From the NCBI GenBank assembly GCA_010356995.1, contig ML996690.1, positions 327,101 to 367,682 of the forward strand: DNA of 40,582 nucleotides, written 5' to 3'. Position numbers and translations under genes: made by a program. A model generated the notes under the pieces. It did not search any database, was not told the origin of the DNA, and saw only the letters and a list, made by a program, of their open reading frames with translations. The first letter of the stretch is position 1. The number at the start of each line of letters is the position of its first letter. Below are positions 35,435-40,582 of this stretch, in pieces. This DNA is from Trichodelitschia bisporula (lineage: Eukaryota).

Positions 35435-37557
35435 ATGGATCGGCGGCTGTCTGACGATGAAAATGGCGCGCGAGATGTTAGTCAGTCACCGACAACCGAA
35501 CCGAAGCAGGATATAGATACTGTGAAACCTGAAGCGGATGAGGGGATTGTTACAGGCCCAGCAGTTCCGGCGCAGGCGTCAACAGAGCAACTCAATGCCC
35601 TCACGCATCGTCTCCTTGGACCGTCGCTTACAAAGTCGGGCCAGGAGGGCGTCTCACAGGACAATGTAGGTTTCTCCTACTGCCAGACAAGGTGCTCGTC
35701 CTGACTGTCCTCGACGGCTAGGTATCGCAAGTCATCCTCGATGCTTCCAAGGGCAGCAAATTCTATGAGCGCGAAGCTGCACTGGCCGCCGGTTTGGCCA
35801 CCAGAGTCGCAGCCCTACAGACCCGGAAAGCCAAATTAGAAGCTCAAGACCTCCGTGTCCACCTACGCAATGCCGACGCCTTCCTCGCCTCTCTCGAGTC
35901 CTCCCGCGACCTTTCGCGCATAATAGTCCACCTTGACTGCGATGCCTTCTATGCCGCCGTCGCTGCCCTCAAGGATCCCACGCTCAAAGGCATTCCTTTT
36001 GCTGTCGGTGGATCCGTGCTAAGCACATGTAGCTACGAAGCACGGAAGTTCGGCGTCAGGAGTGCTATGCCCGCCTTCGTGGCGCGCAAGCTGTGTCCTG
36101 AGCTGAAGCTCGTCGACCAAGATTTCCCATCCTATATCGCCAAAGCCGGAGAGATCCGAGCCATACTTCAGACATACGATCCCAACTTCCAGCCTGCAGG
36201 TCTTGACGAGTCCTATCTCGACCTGACAGCATACTGCCAGGACAACGACATCTCCGCCTCAGACGCTGTGTCGAAGCTTCGTACCGAGGTCAGGGAGAAG
36301 TGCGGCATTACCATATCCGCCGGCATTGCCGCCACAGCACCCTTGGCTAAAATCGCGGGCAACGTGAACAAACCTGACGGTCAATTCGAGATCCCTTCCA
36401 CACGGGAAGCCGTCATGGCATACATGGCCGACCTGTCTGTTCGTAAAGTCGCCGGCATCGGTCGCGTACTGCAGTGCGAGCTCGACGCAGTGGGCATCCG
36501 CGTGTGTGCCGACATCTACCCGCAGCGCGCGTTGCTGGTTCCGCTCTTTGGCGACAAGACAGCGAAGTTTCTCTTGACGTCATATCTTGGCATTGGCAGG
36601 ACGCGTATTGCGCCTTCGGACGGCCGCGATCGGAAGAGCGTTGGCACGGAGGGTACGTTCGCCGACCTCGCTGGGGCACAGGCGCTGCGGACAAAACTGA
36701 GGCAGACGGCTGAAGCGTTGGAAGAGGACATGAAACAGGCCGGAGTGAAGGGCCGGACCGTTGTACTCAAGGTCAAACTGCACACGTTCGAAGTGTTGAC
36801 TAGGCAAGTAGGCACCCACATTCCCGTGTGGACCAAGGACGATATCTACCGCATATCCTTGCCGATGCTTGAACGGTTGGAAAAGGAGATACCTGGCCTG
36901 AAGATTAGACTACTTGGGCTGCGGTGCACGCATTTGGTCGAGGCAAAGCTGAGCGTCGACAAGAATTTCTTTGGTGCCGCAAAAGCTCCAAACACCGAGG
37001 AACGTTTCTGCGTTTGTCAAGATGATCAGATTCTCGCCCCGGCTGTGCCGCCGCCAGAACGTGCGTCCGCTCACCGTGCTGAGGGGTCTCGTTCCGGCGT
37101 TCCCGTCGATGAAGATGGATGGGAAATATGGCCCGAGGCCGAGTTCGAAGCAGCGGCCGAGCAGGAACGAAAAGAGGAATTCGAAGAGTTGTTGAAGTTG
37201 AGCCAGGAGCTTGAGGAGCGACACGATCAGGACAACGGTGCCAAAGCGCCACTTGAATCATCGCGAAGCACATCCCCCGCCGATGATGTGGAGTCTTGGG
37301 CCTGTCCTATCTGCAACCGACCTCAGCCTGCTGACGAGCGGGCCCTCAATGAACATATCGACCTTTGTCTCTCCCGCGAGACGATCCGAGAGGTGGTACG
37401 TTCGGTGCCAGAGAATAAGGCACCGGCGAAGCTGGAAAAGCCGACACTTCCATCGAAGCAAGTGCCACGGAAAAGAGCGCGGCCCAGAGGAGGCGGCAGC
37501 ATCTCAAAATCGAATCACGAACAATCGAACGCGAAACGACGGGCGTTTTTCTCTTGA
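35435..37557 (+). CDS. POLK: DNA polymerase kappa (Y-family, DinB-like), ~688 aa
   Basis: Exon 35435-35665, intron 35666-35721 (GTAGGT..CTGAC..TAG), exon 35722-37557. Motifs LLGPSLTKSGQ, ASKGSKFY, HLDCDAFYA, STCSYEARKFGVRSAMP, LDESYLD, NKPDGQ, RKSVGTE; C-terminal UBZ zinc finger CPIC...HIDLC. Confidence 0.93.
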
Positions 37558-39688
37558 TGTTTCCATATACCCCCGATTGGCATTTGCCTGTATAGAACTA
37601 GCGAATATTCAAAGCTGCTGTGCTGCCCATGTAGCCCTGAAGAACACCCTCCATCACATACGGCCATAGGTCGCAGACATATACCTGTGTCCGCGGGAAA
37701 ATTGCCGCCAAATCTGGCGGTTTGTAACGGCGTTTCTGGCGTCAGATTTCCCCAATGCAGGCTTCCAAGAAATCAGGCGCTTAGAGTGTTCAGTATCCCT
37801 GTTGATGGCTAACAAATTCCAGCGGACGAATTATATGAATTAGAAAATCTAAAAAGCGGCTTACCTCGCATCAAGAATCAGCCCTCCGCCACTTTTTCTA
37901 GCTTCCGCCTCGTGCCCCTCTTGGGTCTCTCCATCGCCGCCTTAATGCGTCCTCCCGCATGCCGCTTTTTCGTCTCGCCCACCCCTTCGTCTCGCCCGCC
38001 CCTTCGTCTTGCACACTTCTTCATCTCACTTTACCCCTTGCCTCGCCTACTTTTTCGCCTGATCTCGCCTTAGCAGCCACGCTGCCCGAGCACAGACCGT
38101 CTACTTGGCTCGCGTGGGGTGTTGAGGCGGGCCTGTCGGGCGCGCTGGCGGATGAGGACGGGGGCGTACGAGGGCTCGTTGCTGGGCCTGAAGTTGATTG
38201 GCGACCGTAATATGCCGCACGAGCAGCACACGTTCGTGGCGCCAGATATTGGGAGCGCGAATTTCGTACGGCGTGCGCGGGAGGAGCCGTTTCGGGGGGG
38301 CAGCGTACTAGTCAGCAGGGAGGTGGCGTCGGTGATTAGGCTGGCTTCCGAGTGGGAGCCAGTGCTATAGACGAAGCCACGGTAGGTCGGGGTTAGAACG
38401 TGAGTGAGTATGGGTTCTGCGGGCGCCTAGACGAGAAGTGGGAGTAGGGAGGTGCGAGGTCACGAACTGGCGGAGGTTTCGGCGGTGCTGCGGGAGGGTC
38501 GGGAACTGCGGGTAGTTTTGCTTGCGACCACCGGATGAGTTGCTGCAGCTGCTGGTAGTAGACTGGTAGTAGTAGAGGTTATCCGTTGGGCCGCAGGAGG
38601 GGCTGTGCGGGAGAGGTTGCTAGAAGGGTGGCTGCGTGTAGGTGCGGGGGGGGGGTGGGGTAGTTGCCGGTGAAAGTTTGCACACCGGGAGCGATACGCT
38701 GATATGTAAGGCTTTGCGCGGCGTGACTTGCTGCGGGTATGCCCAGGTGATTTCCGATAGCCCATCCAACGAGGGGAGAGCTGGGCGCGGTATATTCGTA
38801 AACGAAGAGGTGGTGGAATTGGGTACTTGCGAGGCCGGAAATTCGATGGATACGGGCCACATGGTGCCGCTTGATGGACGGGAGGAGCCGCTAGGCTAGC
38901 TCGAGGGGAAGCTAGGCGCTGTCTAGCACTTCAACCTTTTGCCATTGATGGTCTGTTGACGACAAGTTGTGGAGTTGTGGATGGACAATCGTTTCCCCTC
39001 GATGGGGATGAGGCCTTTCCTTCGCAGTTGGAATGGCCGCACGCTCCCGCGGGCTCAATTGTTCCACGATACTGTATGTTTCTCGAGTCCCGCGATGACG
39101 ACACGATACAACATGACTGATACGATGTCGTCTGCTCAACTCCAATCGAGCCTTCAATCCAGCACCAGGACGCTTGCTAACACCCATCTCACACATTATC
39201 CGGCCACCTCTTCCACAGAATCAACTACGTATCCCTCCATCAGAACAGTCTGTATGCCCCGTCTGTCCCTCACCGCGCTGCCAAACCCCCGCCCAAAACC
39301 ATGACCGCCATTCCGGCATCCTCCCGAGCCTGTTTATGCTCGAGCCCTGGTCAGTCTCGATATCCCATACAGCACCTACGACGCGGGCATAGACGACGCA
39401 AGCAGCGTGGGCGGTGCAACAGGGATGAACAACCGGGTATGTCCTCTAGCGAAGTCTTCGTCTATGAACTGATCAGTTGGTAGGAGAACTTGATGCCCCG
39501 TGGCATGTGGCTGTGTCTCCTCCAATCTCGACCTCCCCTCCGCGCCCGACAGCTCACAGCCTCATTCTTGGCATTCTGCCCCGCAGTTGAGCTCAGCTCG
39601 AAGCCCCAAAGCCTCGCCTTTAACCTCCAGTTCCACTCTTGCATTTTCACAAGTCCGCAATTCCTTGACTAGCATCATTATTTCCAAG

Positions 39689-40582
39689 ATGCCACCTGCA
39701 AAGCGGATCCGGACACGGGGCCGCTTCCATGCCTCTTTCAGTCTTTCACGACCCTCCTCACCTGTTACTGGTGAGACCACCACACCTGCCCCCGCGAGCA
39801 ATGTCAGCCAGACCTCAACCTTTCCACTTGCCCTCCAGAGAACCACCAACAGAAAGTCAACCCGCCGACTTCGTCACGAAGACTATACAATAGGATGGAT
39901 TTGCGCGCTTGACATTGAACTTGCAGCAGCCCGGAAAATGCTCGACGAAGAGCACCAACCTCTCCCCCAGGCTGCGTCCGATCCCAATAGCTACACGCTA
40001 GGCCGCGTTGGCGAACGCAATACGGTCATCATGGTCTTAGGGCTGACGGGCACAAACTCGGCGGCCTCGGCGGTTGCTCAAATGAAGTCAACTTTCACTT
40101 CGGTTCAATTCGGCGTCTTGGTCGGCATCGGAGGCGGTGTGCCGAGCGCAAAAGCCGACATCCGGCTTGGGGACGTTGTTGTTTGCCAGCCGTCCAAGGA
40201 TTGTGGCGGAGTGATTCAGTACGACTTGGGCAAGACCAGGCCTGACGGGGTTGAACGGACTGGATTTCTGAACGCGCCCCCAAAGGCCTTGCTGAGCGCG
40301 TTGAAGAGTCTGAACGCAAACCATCTGAAAGGAAGAGTTGGTTTCCTACATCACCTTGCAAAGCTCAGCAGCCAGTCTCTTTTCGCTCGCGACAAGGCCG
40401 GGCCAGATGTCCTATACGACCCTGCGTACAACCATGAGGAGGAAGAGGAAAACTGCAACAATTGCAAGAAAGAATATAGCGTGCGGCGCCAGACGCGTGG
40501 TGAACATGTCTTGGTTCACTATGGTACGATCGCTTCGGGGAATCAAGTCATGCGCGATGCCAAGGAACGAGACAAAGTCAGC
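39689..40582 (+). CDS. Purine/uridine phosphorylase (PNP_UDP_1) domain protein, 5' part; probable fungal NLR-like protein
   Basis: Frame open to the window end: DYTIGWICAL..E..AA..MLDE.H...D.NSYTLGR.G..N; LVGIGGGVP....DIRLGDVVV; GGVIQYDLGK; HYGTIASGNQVMRDA.ERD. Absent from the ORF track because there is no stop codon in the window. The start is uncertain (frame open from ~39494). Confidence 0.88.
   Translation, partial: MPPAKRIRTRGRFHASFSLSRPSSPVTGETTTPAPASNVSQTSTFPLALQRTTNRKSTRRLRHEDYTIGWICALDIELAAARKMLDEEHQPLPQAASDPNSYTLGRVGERNTVIMVLGLTGTNSAASAVAQMKSTFTSVQFGVLVGIGGGVPSAKADIRLGDVVVCQPSKDCGGVIQYDLGKTRPDGVERTGFLNAPPKALLSALKSLNANHLKGRVGFLHHLAKLSSQSLFARDKAGPDVLYDPAYNHEEEEENCNNCKKEYSVRRQTRGEHVLVHYGTIASGNQVMRDAKERDKVS

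Noticed and set aside
37695..37752. Small imperfect inverted repeat GGGAAA..CGCCA / TGGCG..TTTCCC after POLK
   Set aside because: Too short and imperfect, single copy and no TSD; cannot be distinguished from chance.

Overview
Filamentous ascomycete genomic DNA, judged from short GT-AG introns with CTAAC/CTGAC branch sites. Three compartments are visible. (1) About 1-9.4 kb is GC-rich and gene-poor, with one intact small basic gene (7894-8386) and unassignable decayed coding-like sequence. (2) About 9.4-23.5 kb is a visibly AT-richer transposon island with no intact gene. It holds five copies of a ~200-bp fold-back MITE with mostly TA flanks, a frameshifted 3' half of a Tad1-like LINE, a second 5'-truncated copy of that LINE's 3' end with a 14-bp target-site duplication and (TTA)n tail, and a ~0.6-1.1-kb long-inverted-repeat element. 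(3) About 23.6-37.6 kb is a compact core-gene block: EZH2/KMT6-type H3K27 methyltransferase, RPS11, SPC105/Spc7, a disordered coiled-coil protein (possibly Mto2/Spa18-like) and DNA polymerase kappa. After it come a TpA-rich relic and the 5' part of a PNP_UDP_1-domain (probable NLR-type) gene. The most notable observations are the MITE family with repeated CCAGGTAC motifs, a LINE 3'-terminal stem-loop supported by compensatory base changes between two copies, and the apparently non-RIPed TE island abutting the PRC2 catalytic gene. I found no convincing novel multi-gene system. All family assignments come from motif recognition, not database searches.
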